Shown here in pieces: positions 17,667 to 27,393 of a stretch of DNA of 64,000 bases. Made by a program: the position numbers and the translations under genes. Position 1 is the first letter of the stretch, and each line of letters opens with the position of its first letter. The notes under the pieces were generated by a model. The model was not told the DNA's origin and did not search any database. It saw nothing but the letters and a program-made list of their open reading frames with translations. This DNA comes from Candidatus Thorarchaeota archaeon (GTDB lineage: Archaea > Asgardarchaeota > Thorarchaeia > Thorarchaeales > Thorarchaeaceae), in the NCBI GenBank assembly GCA_048884965.1, contig JBHLQH010000007.1, positions 93,996-157,995 on the forward strand. The letters are read 5' to 3'.

Positions 17667-17960
17667 TCAGATGTACATCTGAGCTATTATCCAGTAGATT
17701 ATCAGAGACACTATCAGCCCGATGACTGCAATCGCTTGAAATGACTTCTTCTGGGTCTTGTGACGGAAACGATACATTCCTGCAAAGATTCCTACCGCCC
17801 CGCCGATAATCCCAATCATATGCAAGGTTGCCTCTGCAACACGCCATTCTTGCTTCGATGCCTTCCACTTGTCCCACCACATAGCGATGAACGCGATGAG
17901 ATTGATTGAGAGTACGTATATAATTGGTATCCAATAGATGATCGTTTCGATTGTTTGCAT
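17667..17960 (-). CDS. DUF1294 family membrane protein
   Basis: INLIAFIAMWWDKWKA...WRVAEATL...GGAVG....MYRFRHKTQK.SF signature. Confidence 0.88.
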   Translation of the reverse strand: MQTIETIIYWIPIIYVLSINLIAFIAMWWDKWKASKQEWRVAEATLHMIGIIGGAVGIFAGMYRFRHKTQKKSFQAIAVIGLIVSLIIYWIIAQMYI

Positions 17961-17965
17961 TAGTT

Positions 17966-19174
17966 CTACATCCTTTTCGCGGCATCTTCCAAAGCATCGA
18001 CTAAGACCAGTTGCTTTCCGGTGAGAAACTTCATGGTCGCTCCGCCACCTGTTGAAATGTGAGTGATATTATCTAATAGTCCTATTCGCTCTGCCATTGC
18101 ACTTACATGTCCTCCACCAACAACAGTGATACAGTCACAATCAGCAATGGCTTGTAGTACTTCTACAGTCCCATGAGTGAAGTCTTCTTTTTCAAAGAAG
18201 CCCATAGGACCGTTTGCGAATGCCACCTTGGATTCTCTAACAATTTTTGCGAATTTCTTTGCAGTTCTTGGACCTATATCAAAGAAAGGATCTCCATTGA
18301 GCTCATCAAGCTCGCATTCAACGCGCTTTCCATCTCTTTCTACTGCGGCATCTTCTGGAAGCAAAATGATATCAGAATATTTGTCAAGCAGCTCTTTTGC
18401 AGTAGAGATGACCTCATCATATTCTTTGATTGCTTTGCCATAGGATTCAGGGATGATACCCTTAGCTACAAGGAATAGATTTCCAATGAGTCCACCAAGA
18501 AGGACATTATCGGCGCGTCCGATTTCTAGAAGTTGTTCGATGATTTTTATCTTGTCTGGGACCTTGCTACCTCCTAGGACTAAGTTCCATGGGTGGAGTT
18601 CCCTTGCTGTTACTTTGCTCAGCTCTCGAATCTCCTTCTCCATAACACGTCCTGCAACTGAAGGTAATACTGCAGTAAATCCAACAATCGAAGCTTGCGC
18701 ACGATGAGCGGCTCCAAAAGCGTCATTGACGAATAGATCAAATAATGGATAGAGCTCTTGGACGATGGCTTCCTTTGATACTTCTTCTATCGATCCTGTC
18801 TTGTTCTCGCCATCAAACATCCTGACATTCTGTAGAACAAGAATCTCACCCACCTGCACATTTTTGATAGCTTCTTTGGCTTTCTCTCCGAAGATGTCAT
18901 CCACAAAATGTGCATTGAATCCCAATTTCCTGAGAATCTCTGTATGTTGTTCTAATGAGATGAAGTCATCACTACCAGGTCTTCCCTGATGTGCCATTAG
19001 GACCACTTTGCTCTTTGAGAGCTCATTTAGTGTGGGAGTCATGGCAATAATCCTAGAATCATTGGTAATCACCTTAGTATCAGGATCTAATGAGCAGTTT
19101 ATATCAACCCGAATTAGAATACGTTTTCCTTCAAATTCAACATCATCTAGTGTCTTGAAAGGTAATGCCACCAT
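17966..19174 (-). CDS. pgk: Phosphoglycerate kinase
   Basis: RVDIN, AHQGRPG, VNDAFGAAHRAQAS, LGGSKV, NGPMGFFE and HISTGGGA. Confidence 0.96.
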   Translation of the reverse strand: MVALPFKTLDDVEFEGKRILIRVDINCSLDPDTKVITNDSRIIAMTPTLNELSKSKVVLMAHQGRPGSDDFISLEQHTEILRKLGFNAHFVDDIFGEKAKEAIKNVQVGEILVLQNVRMFDGENKTGSIEEVSKEAIVQELYPLFDLFVNDAFGAAHRAQASIVGFTAVLPSVAGRVMEKEIRELSKVTARELHPWNLVLGGSKVPDKIKIIEQLLEIGRADNVLLGGLIGNLFLVAKGIIPESYGKAIKEYDEVISTAKELLDKYSDIILLPEDAAVERDGKRVECELDELNGDPFFDIGPRTAKKFAKIVRESKVAFANGPMGFFEKEDFTHGTVEVLQAIADCDCITVVGGGHVSAMAERIGLLDNITHISTGGGATMKFLTGKQLVLVDALEDAAKRM

Positions 19175-19278
19175 CCATCACCATCCTTGGCAAGAAACTC
19201 ACTGAGTGAGGAGTCGTCGTGGATATAGCTCCCTCAAAAATGTGCCTACTCAAGACCAAATATTTCGGACCTTAAATT

Positions 19279-20232
19279 ATGCAAGTCGGACTAGTCTATA
19301 TGAAAAAGGTGCCACAGTTCGCGTTGAAGGTCGAGGGGAAGACCGTTCTGCGGTCTGATGATGCCGAGTCCATTCTCAGGGAAATGGCTCGACGTATCGA
19401 TTCCGAGAATGAGGTGTCTTCCGAAGCTGAGATACCATCTGCTGGTCAAAGATTGTTCTCGGATGTAGTATACATCGCAGGACAAATCGTTGACTGGATG
19501 TATCAAGAGATTCCATCAGTCCATAGAACAGAAATGCATCTGGAGGGAGCGACAATTGATGACGAATACGACTATCCAGTTAGGAATGTCATTATCAAGA
19601 TTGAAGGAGGCTCTCTTCAAAAGCTCCGGACTCATATAGAGCAAGAGATAGAGATTCGTGAATTCATGTATCATGACATCCTGTTTGAAATCCTAGATAT
19701 CATCCACAATGACACTCCTTGTCTGGTATTACAAATAATACCACGACCCAAGGTACCACTGGCTCCTGTAGGGGAGCACAAAGGTGGAATGCCCTTCAAT
19801 CTACGAGAAGCCATAACTGATGAGCTAAGGAAGAACTCGCAACATACCTATACAAAGACAGTCATTCAAAGAATCTTGAATCGACATTGCAAATGTGAGC
19901 AAATTAGACACGGAATAAACCTGGTCGAGTTATCCTTGACCCAGAAGGAATTCTCTACCAACGAGATTCGAGCCGCAGAGATGTGTCTTGAATATCTCAG
20001 TGATACACGGGAAGGGAAGAGCTTGCTTGGTATGTGGAATAATCGTGAAGCCATTCGAGGGAAATGGGATCAACGGGACATACCAAGCCGAGCGTTCATC
20101 TCGCAGGTCTACGAGTGGTTTGGGGACATACGAACGAGACAGTGTCATGAACTATCGCAATCCTACCGAGAACTCAGTCGTGTGAGTCAATTGGATGATG
20201 AAGTACTAGAGCAAGCTAGTGCTCCAAAATAA
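19279..20232 (+). CDS. Hypothetical protein
   Basis: 317-aa ORF; no family recognised. Confidence 0.7.
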   Translation: MQVGLVYMKKVPQFALKVEGKTVLRSDDAESILREMARRIDSENEVSSEAEIPSAGQRLFSDVVYIAGQIVDWMYQEIPSVHRTEMHLEGATIDDEYDYPVRNVIIKIEGGSLQKLRTHIEQEIEIREFMYHDILFEILDIIHNDTPCLVLQIIPRPKVPLAPVGEHKGGMPFNLREAITDELRKNSQHTYTKTVIQRILNRHCKCEQIRHGINLVELSLTQKEFSTNEIRAAEMCLEYLSDTREGKSLLGMWNNREAIRGKWDQRDIPSRAFISQVYEWFGDIRTRQCHELSQSYRELSRVSQLDDEVLEQASAPK

Positions 20233-20252
20233 TAGAGGTTGTGCTGCAGGAG

Positions 20253-20834
20253 TCATTGTTCTTTCTCATCGGCTCCTATTTGTATGACTTCAAGGAGTGC
20301 TGCCTCAGCATGAGAATCGGCGATTTCATTTAGCGTGTTCAAGTCTGGAGAAGGAACATCAAGAGCATCTGAATACTTATCCAAATAGACCTCTATGTGA
20401 TTCTTGATGAGCCCAAGCAATGGCAGTATCTTGCTGATTGTTATTGCAATTCTTTCAGATGTGGTCTTATCTTGGACCAGCTGTATGGCATCAAGTATCT
20501 GAATGGTATTAATGACCAGCTGACGAGAATTGATATCACGCATATACACAAAGGCTTCTCCAGCCTTCTGGTGAAATTCCTGTGAATCAAGCCCCAAATC
20601 CTTATACTGGATAGATTTGTACATCATCATGAACAGATTGATCTTACTCAGTCCTTCCAGAACCAAGCTATAGAAAGGAAGAAGCCTGTTGGCAATCGCA
20701 TCCATCGCAGTTTTTCTTCGATTGTTTCTGCTTTCAGATATCCAAGCAACAATCATTCCAAGAATCGCGATAGCTACTGAAGCAATGGAAATAACTGTCC
20801 CTATATCAATCAAGGTAAGCTCGGTCTGCAACAA
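20253..20834 (-). CDS. Hypothetical membrane-anchored helical protein
   Basis: N-terminal TM followed by RNNRRK. Starts 12 bp downstream of the GTPase gene. Confidence 0.7.
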   Translation of the reverse strand: MLQTELTLIDIGTVISIASVAIAILGMIVAWISESRNNRRKTAMDAIANRLLPFYSLVLEGLSKINLFMMMYKSIQYKDLGLDSQEFHQKAGEAFVYMRDINSRQLVINTIQILDAIQLVQDKTTSERIAITISKILPLLGLIKNHIEVYLDKYSDALDVPSPDLNTLNEIADSHAEAALLEVIQIGADEKEQ

Positions 20835-20846
20835 ATCAAGTCACCT

Positions 20847-21383
20847 CTATGCCAAAGCATTCAGGCTACATCGTACAAGAGATGTGAACATATGCTCTAT
20901 ACTGTGAGTATCCTTTGCACTGGTCTGAAAGCATAATGTCTTGATATTCATTTGATTCTCTACCTCACTTGCCAAGCTCTGTAGTTGATCCTCAGAGATC
21001 TTCACCTCATCTGCCATATCTGATTTGTTGCCAACTACTGCAACACAACCAATCTTGGCACCTTTTGTACACGGGATTATCTCGTCGTGTAGATAATGCT
21101 TTGCGATTTCCAGTGTTTCAGAACGCGTCAGATCAATCATCAAAATAAGCGCGCTTAGACCAACATAGTACATGGAGCGAACTGATCCAAAATGTTCCTG
21201 TCCTGCAAGATCCCAAAGTTGAAGCTTGACCTCCTTTTCACCGATATTCAGTTGTCGTAATGAAAAGTCAGCTCCGATCGTCATCATCAGGTTCTTTGGA
21301 AACCCCTTTCCTATGAAAACATGACATGCCGCTGTCTTTCCTACTGCACCTGGGCCAACAATAACGAGTTTCATGGGGTTCAT
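20847..21383 (-). CDS. Rab/Ras-like small GTPase (eukaryotic signature protein)
   Basis: G1 GPGAVGKT, G2 MTIGADF, G3 LQLWDLAGQE, G4 GNKSD, G5 TSAK. Confidence 0.93.
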   Translation of the reverse strand: MNPMKLVIVGPGAVGKTAACHVFIGKGFPKNLMMTIGADFSLRQLNIGEKEVKLQLWDLAGQEHFGSVRSMYYVGLSALILMIDLTRSETLEIAKHYLHDEIIPCTKGAKIGCVAVVGNKSDMADEVKISEDQLQSLASEVENQMNIKTLCFQTSAKDTHSIEHMFTSLVRCSLNALA

Positions 21384-21454
21384 CTTGCTTCATCTCACAG
21401 GACTAAACCGGATATGGTAGATTGCTGCATGATATAGTTACCGTCTGAGAGAAA

Positions 21455-21624
21455 TGGTGCCGCAGGGGGGAAGCCGTGGTTAGATGGAATTCATCTAACC
21501 TTTCGAGCCCCCGACTTCGAGATTTCTCATCTCGGGCCTTCGAGACGTTGACCCCATAGTTTAGGTCGATTGAGTCGACCAAGATTATGAGTCTCGCGCC
21601 CTAACCAGGCTAGGCCACTGCGGC
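21455..21624 (-). tRNA. tRNA-Met(CAU), elongator type, with two introns (37/38 and T-loop 59/60)
   Basis: GCCGCAG/CTGCGGC acceptor, CGAGA-CT-CAT-A[intron]A-TCTCG anticodon arm with BHB, T-arm GGGGG-CTCGAA[30-nt hairpin]T-CCCCC, encoded CCA. Confidence 0.87.
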
Positions 21625-21722
21625 AGTTGACTCAGCATATCCGACAAATGTCAGAATATCTGCTCGCAGGTCACACATTGAAGCGTCTATAAAAGTTGTC
21701 CTTCAGCCACATCAAATCCTAT

Positions 21723-23636
21723 CTACCCTAAGATCTTCTTCACTTCAGCGGCAATGAGGTCCCTGACAATCTTCCCATCAGCCTTACCTCGAAGTTCATT
21801 CATTATAAGACCCATAAGCCCCCCGATAGCCCTCTCGCCTTGTTCCCGAATGAACTCCTCACGTTCGGCAACTACCCTCTTGATAACACTCACAATCTCA
21901 CTTTGATCCACTTTGCCAAGACCAGTTCCATTCAAAGCATCATCCATCGACGCCTCAGGATTCTTCGATAGGAACGTCAATATCTCAGGAATCGCATCAG
22001 TAGATACCTTGTCCTCGGCCACAGTAAGAAAGAGCTCCTCAAAGTGGTCATCAGTAAGAGAGTCTACAGGGATTCCATCACGTGATAGGCTTACTAGTGT
22101 ATTCTCCAAAGTCACTGCTACCAGAGTGGGGTCGACCTTGACCTCTCGTACGATGAACTCATACAGGTCAAGATTCTGAGATCGGATTATCTGCGAGGCA
22201 AGCTCAGTGCTCAAACCATGGTCCTTGATGAATCGCTGCTCTCGTTTCTCCAAGGTTTCGGGCATACTTCTTTCGATTGACTTCAATCGGGCTACAGTGA
22301 TTTTCTCAGGCCGGACATCAGTTTCAGGATACATCCGTTGCGCCCCGGGCCTTGGTCGCGCATACTTTGTCGTGCCCTCTGGAAGTGGCATACGAGTTTC
22401 AGCTGGCACTCCGATGGCCGCTTCTCTAGCTCGCTTTACAACGGCATCAAGGGCATCTTGACAGTTCTCGGACTGTGCAGCGACGATTACTATTGCATCT
22501 TGGTCTGATGCATTGAAATGCTTTCGAAGGTTGGATACATCATTCTCAGTTATCCCATACTTTGGTAGCTCATCAGTATGGAAGATACCTCCCACATTTC
22601 CCCAGAACTTGGCATAGTCTGAGAGCTCTGTGCCCAAACGTCGATCTGGTTGCACCTCACGGCCTACGAGTCCAGCAAACCCGGGCAGCTTCACTCCATA
22701 AACTGCGCCTCCAGACTTGATGGCTCCTTTGATTACCTTTGACTCACTGTTAGCGAATAGAGTGGTGATATCGTGAATGTCTTCCTCAATGCACTCAGGC
22801 GTAATTCCTCTTGTTACTAACTCATCACGAATCCTAAGCAAATTTTCCTGCCGAAGTGCTTCATACTCCACGACCATAGCAAGCATATCGAGCTGCTGCA
22901 ATCCCTTGATTTCTGTGATCGCTCCACCCTTTATAGAAACATTGACATCTTGGCGTATGGTCCCGATTCCTCTTTTCACCTTTCCAGTGGCTCGAAGAAG
23001 CAGTCCTATCGCGAGTGCGACCTCTTGAGCCTCAGAAGGAGAGCGTATGTCTGGTGCTGTCGCGATCTCGATGAGGGGAATTCCCAAGCGATCCAAACGA
23101 TAGATACGAGTATTGTTCTTGTCATCATCAGCTATCTTTCGTGCTGCATCTTCCTCTACTGCAATGGTCTGAATTCCGATTTCCTTTCCTCCCACAACCA
23201 ATTTGCCACCAAGAGCGACAATGACAGTACGTTGGAATCCAGTTGTATTCGAACCATCGATCACAACCTTTCGCATCGAATGAACTTCATCAACTGGCTC
23301 AGAGCCCAGAAAGTTAGCAAGGGTAAGACAGATGTCGATGGATTCACTAGATATATCGTGAGGTGGCTCCTCATCTGCTTCCACCAAGCATGTCGAATCA
23401 TTATAGTATTCATAGCAGAATCTTTTCTTTCGCTGGAACTCAAAGAGAGCTGCTGGATCTATCTCTCCCATCTCGCTCTTGGTCGGTCGAAGCCGTCGGA
23501 TGAAGGTTCCATGGGGTGCATCTTCACGAATGGTTGTTGGGCAATGACAGAAGAGCTTACGTTTCGTGTCCAGCTGCTGATGTAGTTCTAACCCCACCAT
23601 CAATCCAAGTTCCTCATACCTTGAGTCATCCCTCAC
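21723..23636 (-). CDS. gatE: Glu-tRNA(Gln) amidotransferase subunit E
   Basis: GLELHQQLDT.RKLFC, MRKVVIDGSNTTGFQRT, LDRLGIPLIEIAT and RPGAQRMYPETD. Confidence 0.97.
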   Translation of the reverse strand: MRDDSRYEELGLMVGLELHQQLDTKRKLFCHCPTTIREDAPHGTFIRRLRPTKSEMGEIDPAALFEFQRKKRFCYEYYNDSTCLVEADEEPPHDISSESIDICLTLANFLGSEPVDEVHSMRKVVIDGSNTTGFQRTVIVALGGKLVVGGKEIGIQTIAVEEDAARKIADDDKNNTRIYRLDRLGIPLIEIATAPDIRSPSEAQEVALAIGLLLRATGKVKRGIGTIRQDVNVSIKGGAITEIKGLQQLDMLAMVVEYEALRQENLLRIRDELVTRGITPECIEEDIHDITTLFANSESKVIKGAIKSGGAVYGVKLPGFAGLVGREVQPDRRLGTELSDYAKFWGNVGGIFHTDELPKYGITENDVSNLRKHFNASDQDAIVIVAAQSENCQDALDAVVKRAREAAIGVPAETRMPLPEGTTKYARPRPGAQRMYPETDVRPEKITVARLKSIERSMPETLEKREQRFIKDHGLSTELASQIIRSQNLDLYEFIVREVKVDPTLVAVTLENTLVSLSRDGIPVDSLTDDHFEELFLTVAEDKVSTDAIPEILTFLSKNPEASMDDALNGTGLGKVDQSEIVSVIKRVVAEREEFIREQGERAIGGLMGLIMNELRGKADGKIVRDLIAAEVKKILG

Positions 23637-23639
23637 CTA

Positions 23640-24989
23640 TTACACCCCCATACCAGTATCATATTCAGCAACTTCACTCCGCATATCGAGCTCTCCTGCA
23701 AGGGACACTGCCATCAGTGCCTTGGCATCCTCAGTTGTCTTAGTATTAGCTAGCAACCACATGAGCTTGACAAGTGCAGTTTCTGATATTGTATTCTCAC
23801 AGGATACTACTCCAATATCGAGTAATTGCACTCCTGATCGGTATACATTCATATCCACCCGTCCGTTGATGCATTGTGTTGTCATTGCTACGACCATTCC
23901 TGCATCAATGGCACGCTTTAGCGAGGGTTGAAGCGAATCTGGGGTATGTCCCAGTCCAGTTCCTTCAATGACAACCCCACGATATCCATTGTCCACAAAG
24001 CTATCAATGAGTAACCCATCCATTCCAGGATAGGTCTTCACTAGGGCTACCTTGCTCTCGAACTTTGGTTTGACCTGGAGAGATCTTGTACTATCTCTTC
24101 TCAGTAATGGCTCAGAGATCTCCTCAATTCTATCATCTAGGATCCGAAATAGGGGATAGCTATTGATGGATTGGAACGCATCACGACGACTAGAATGGAG
24201 CTTGCGCACACGAGTACCTCTATGTGCATAGAGAAATGAATCATCGGTTTCACCATGCATTGCCACCATGACCTCTGCAACATCAGCTCTACCCGCGAGT
24301 CTGGTAGCTCCAATCAGATTCGAAGCGGCATCCGAGGATGGTCTGTCAGAGGAACGTTGAGAGCCAACGAGTACAATTGGAATCGGAAGATTATGCAGTG
24401 CAAATGAGAGGGCAGCTGCCGTATAGCCCATAGTATCTGTTCCATGAGCTATGACAAGACCATCAACATCACTTCTAATCTCAGTCGCTATTCTCTTAGC
24501 TATCTGGCTCCAGTCAGCAGGGGTGATATTCTCTGAGAGGATACTCATGAGAATCTTGGCATGGACATTGGCATACTCCTTTAGCTCTGGAACAGCATCA
24601 TAGAGATCTTGGGCACTAAGTGCGGGATTCACAGCTCCAGTTCTATAGTCTACTCTGCTGGCTATCGTCCCCCCTGTGCTCAAGACCGATACAGAAGGAA
24701 GATTCGGGTCAGATCCCGCTTCAACCAATGACACTTCCGGTCTGATGCTCCTAGGCGACTTCCCTTTCTTAATCACGGTATCTTGGGCTACTCGAATGCC
24801 CAAATTATATCCATTCTCAAGTTTGATGACAATATGATTTGGGTCCGATCCCACTTGGCTTCTTGGCATCAATATCCCTACATACTTCTTCTCACCCTGC
24901 TCTATCAGGATAGTATTCCCTATCTTAGCAGCAATAGAGTCGAGCTTCTCATACACCAATCCGCTATAGCCCGAGCCTTCCAGACTCAC
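23640..24989 (-). CDS. gatD: Glu-tRNA(Gln) amidotransferase subunit D
   Basis: IKLENGYNLG, STGGTIASRVDYRTGAV, HGTDTM and GSQRSSDRPSSDA. Confidence 0.97.
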   Translation of the reverse strand: MSLEGSGYSGLVYEKLDSIAAKIGNTILIEQGEKKYVGILMPRSQVGSDPNHIVIKLENGYNLGIRVAQDTVIKKGKSPRSIRPEVSLVEAGSDPNLPSVSVLSTGGTIASRVDYRTGAVNPALSAQDLYDAVPELKEYANVHAKILMSILSENITPADWSQIAKRIATEIRSDVDGLVIAHGTDTMGYTAAALSFALHNLPIPIVLVGSQRSSDRPSSDAASNLIGATRLAGRADVAEVMVAMHGETDDSFLYAHRGTRVRKLHSSRRDAFQSINSYPLFRILDDRIEEISEPLLRRDSTRSLQVKPKFESKVALVKTYPGMDGLLIDSFVDNGYRGVVIEGTGLGHTPDSLQPSLKRAIDAGMVVAMTTQCINGRVDMNVYRSGVQLLDIGVVSCENTISETALVKLMWLLANTKTTEDAKALMAVSLAGELDMRSEVAEYDTGMGV

Positions 24990-25052
24990 TCTTCAACACC
25001 TCAATGTTCCTAGAACAACGCTTGCCGGCTCAGACATAAAGTCTTCGAATCA

Positions 25053-25616
25053 TCAGATTATTCCAAAGATGACAAGAACCCCAAACGCGATGAACACTAC
25101 ACCAGCGACTCTCTTGACAGTCTTCATAGACACCCTACATGCAACCCATTCACCTGCATAGACTCCAAGTAGATTCACGATGAGGAATCCGATGACTGCA
25201 CCAATGAGTACCAGAATTGGAAACAGCGATTGGACAGACAATGCAAGTATCGCTAGCTGGCTCTTATCCCCCAACTCAGAGAACAAGATTAGCGATACCA
25301 TACTCATGAACGTTCCGGGACTATCACAGACCTCAGCCTCTTCAGACCCACTTCTTACAATGCTATAGATGCCCAGTCCAATGAAAAGAAGGCCAGATAT
25401 GTAGACAATGAAATCTATTGGAAGTGTAGCTGAAAGCACCACTCCTACGATTACAGCTATCAGTGTCGAGGTCGCAAGAGCAATCATGGTCGCAGCGAGA
25501 ACGATCCATGGCCTTCTATATTGAGCGCTCAGACACATAGCTGTTAGCATGGTCTTGTCTCCTAGTTCTGTTATCAGAATAAGACCAACAGAGGAAAGAA
25601 GTGTTTCAAAAGGCAT
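25053..25616 (-). CDS. TMEM165/GDT1 (UPF0016) cation antiporter
   Basis: Two ELGDK(T/S) motifs. Confidence 0.92.
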   Translation of the reverse strand: MPFETLLSSVGLILITELGDKTMLTAMCLSAQYRRPWIVLAATMIALATSTLIAVIVGVVLSATLPIDFIVYISGLLFIGLGIYSIVRSGSEEAEVCDSPGTFMSMVSLILFSELGDKSQLAILALSVQSLFPILVLIGAVIGFLIVNLLGVYAGEWVACRVSMKTVKRVAGVVFIAFGVLVIFGII

Positions 25617-25668
25617 AAGTTCGCTTGCCTTTCATACCTCCTTTAGAAGGTATCCATAGGTGTAATTT

Positions 25669-26979
25669 CTATCCTTTGAGGTATCTCTCCTGAAGTACCC
25701 GAGTCATCCCATTGTTCTGAATGATATCCTTGAACATGAACGCGCTCTCGCGAGGCTGTCGATTCAGCGTTTGATGTTCCATGCCAACCAGACCAAAATC
25801 ACTGCCAAATCCCTCCGCCCACTCGAAGTTCGTGACCCAAGTCCAGATCAGGTACCCCCGGATGTCTATCCCATCCTGTATCGCTCTATGGACTTGCTGC
25901 AAATGTTTCATGATGTATTTACGCTTGAGAGAGTCATCTGTCGTCCCGATTCCGTTCTCTGTCATCCAAAGGGGCTTTTGATACTTCTCCCAGTATGATT
26001 TGATGAGTGGATAGTATCCTTCAGGATACACCTCCCAGTCAAGGCCATCACATCTTTCTGCAATAGTCTTTTCCGGGGCTTCTCCTGCCAAGAAGTCCAT
26101 CTCTGAGGAAACAACCTGTCGACTGTAGTAGTTCATACCAATGAAATCAACAGAGTTCTCTAGTTGCTTGTACCGGAACTCATTACCATCTGCATCTGGT
26201 ACCTTAGCCGTCACAGCTCCTCGTACCCAGGCTTGATTGTATAGATCATCAAGATAGTTCGCCAGTTCGATGTCCTCAGGACTTTCAGCATTCTGAGGCA
26301 TGAAGTAGGAAACACTGAGGACTGGTGCGATCAATGGCTGTTCCTTTCCCTGTTCCGTATAGACCTCTCGAACAGATGTAGCAGCCTGACCATGTGCCAT
26401 AAGCATGTGCTGGGTGACAGTCATAGCCTTTCCAAAGTCCTTCTCTTGAGGGGGAAAGTCCCCGAAAAGATACCCCGCGGCCGCGATGACCATGGGCTCA
26501 TTTATCGTATTCCAGATTATATCCAAATCCGAAAGGGCTTCTGCAACCTTTCGGGCATAGATGCCAAATATCTCAGGCGCCTCAGGATTCAACCATGATC
26601 CCATGTCACGGAACCAAAGCGGGATGGTGAAATGATGAAGGGTGAGCATTGGCTGTATCCCGCGTTCAAGCAAGGAACTAACGACCTTTCTGTAGTGGCC
26701 AAGTTCCTTCTCGTTCCATCTACCTTGAACTGGCTCAATTCGGCTCCATTCCACAGAGAAACGATGCACATGATGGCCAAACTCCTTCATCAGATCAAAA
26801 TCATCTTCGAACCGAGCATAGTGGTCACATGCGACGCTCGCATTCTTTCCATCCTTGATATTACCTGGAATCTTCTCCCATTCACTCCAATCATTATGAG
26901 TTCCTCCTTCGCTCTGATGAGCAGAAGAAGCAGTGCCCCATCTGAAGCCATCTGGGAAAATGAGGTCCTTGTAGTCCAT
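25669..26979 (-). CDS. Glycoside hydrolase family 1 (beta-glucosidase)
   Basis: FPDGFRWGTASSAHQSEG, catalytic TINEP and TENG, NFEWAEG. Start moved to ATG 26979 because the longer ORF overlaps tRNA-Leu. Confidence 0.93.
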   Translation of the reverse strand: MDYKDLIFPDGFRWGTASSAHQSEGGTHNDWSEWEKIPGNIKDGKNASVACDHYARFEDDFDLMKEFGHHVHRFSVEWSRIEPVQGRWNEKELGHYRKVVSSLLERGIQPMLTLHHFTIPLWFRDMGSWLNPEAPEIFGIYARKVAEALSDLDIIWNTINEPMVIAAAGYLFGDFPPQEKDFGKAMTVTQHMLMAHGQAATSVREVYTEQGKEQPLIAPVLSVSYFMPQNAESPEDIELANYLDDLYNQAWVRGAVTAKVPDADGNEFRYKQLENSVDFIGMNYYSRQVVSSEMDFLAGEAPEKTIAERCDGLDWEVYPEGYYPLIKSYWEKYQKPLWMTENGIGTTDDSLKRKYIMKHLQQVHRAIQDGIDIRGYLIWTWVTNFEWAEGFGSDFGLVGMEHQTLNRQPRESAFMFKDIIQNNGMTRVLQERYLKG

Positions 26980-27034
26980 TGTAATCCTGTTTGAAACACC
27001 TTTCGACTCAATAAGGGTATCTCTTGGAATATTG

Positions 27035-27152
27035 TGGTGCGGGAGGAGGGACATCCTACCCATATGGCAACCAGATGGGTGTTCGAACCCTCGAACTCCT
27101 ACGAGAGAGGATCTTAAGTCCTCCGCCTTTGACCTGGCTGGGCGACTCCCGC
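27035..27152 (-). tRNA. tRNA-Leu(UAA) with T-loop (59/60) intron
   Basis: GCGGGAG/CTCCCGC acceptor, GAGGA-CT-TAA-GA-TCCTC anticodon arm, long variable arm, GAGGG-TTCGAA[30 nt]T-CCCTC, CCA. Confidence 0.9.
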
Positions 27153-27257
27153 TTTGATCAAAGTCTGACCCCACGTCTTACCTTCATAGGAACTCACCGC
27201 ATGTGTTCCCACCATTGTATTACAAGTAATAACAATTGATGTTGAGGAATGCAAAGA

Positions 27258-27365
27258 TGGTGGGCCGCGCCGGATTTTTTGGCCACAAGCTCGTATGGAG
27301 CCCATGTGAACCAGCGACCTCCTCGGTGTAAACGAGGCATCATAGCCGGGCTAGACTAGCGGCCC
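27258..27365 (-). tRNA. tRNA-Val(UAC) with T-loop (56/57) intron
   Basis: GGGCCGC/GCGGCCC acceptor, CCTCG-TT-TAC-AC-CGAGG anticodon arm, GCTGG-TTC[intron]AAAT-CCGGC, CCA. Confidence 0.9.
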
Positions 27366-27393
27366 ATGATTGCGTTTGCGTTCTAGTTCTCAG

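Noticed and set aside
26980-27174. Extended N-terminus of the GH1 ORF
   Set aside because: It overlaps tRNA-Leu, and GH1 homology starts at MDYKDLIFP (26979).
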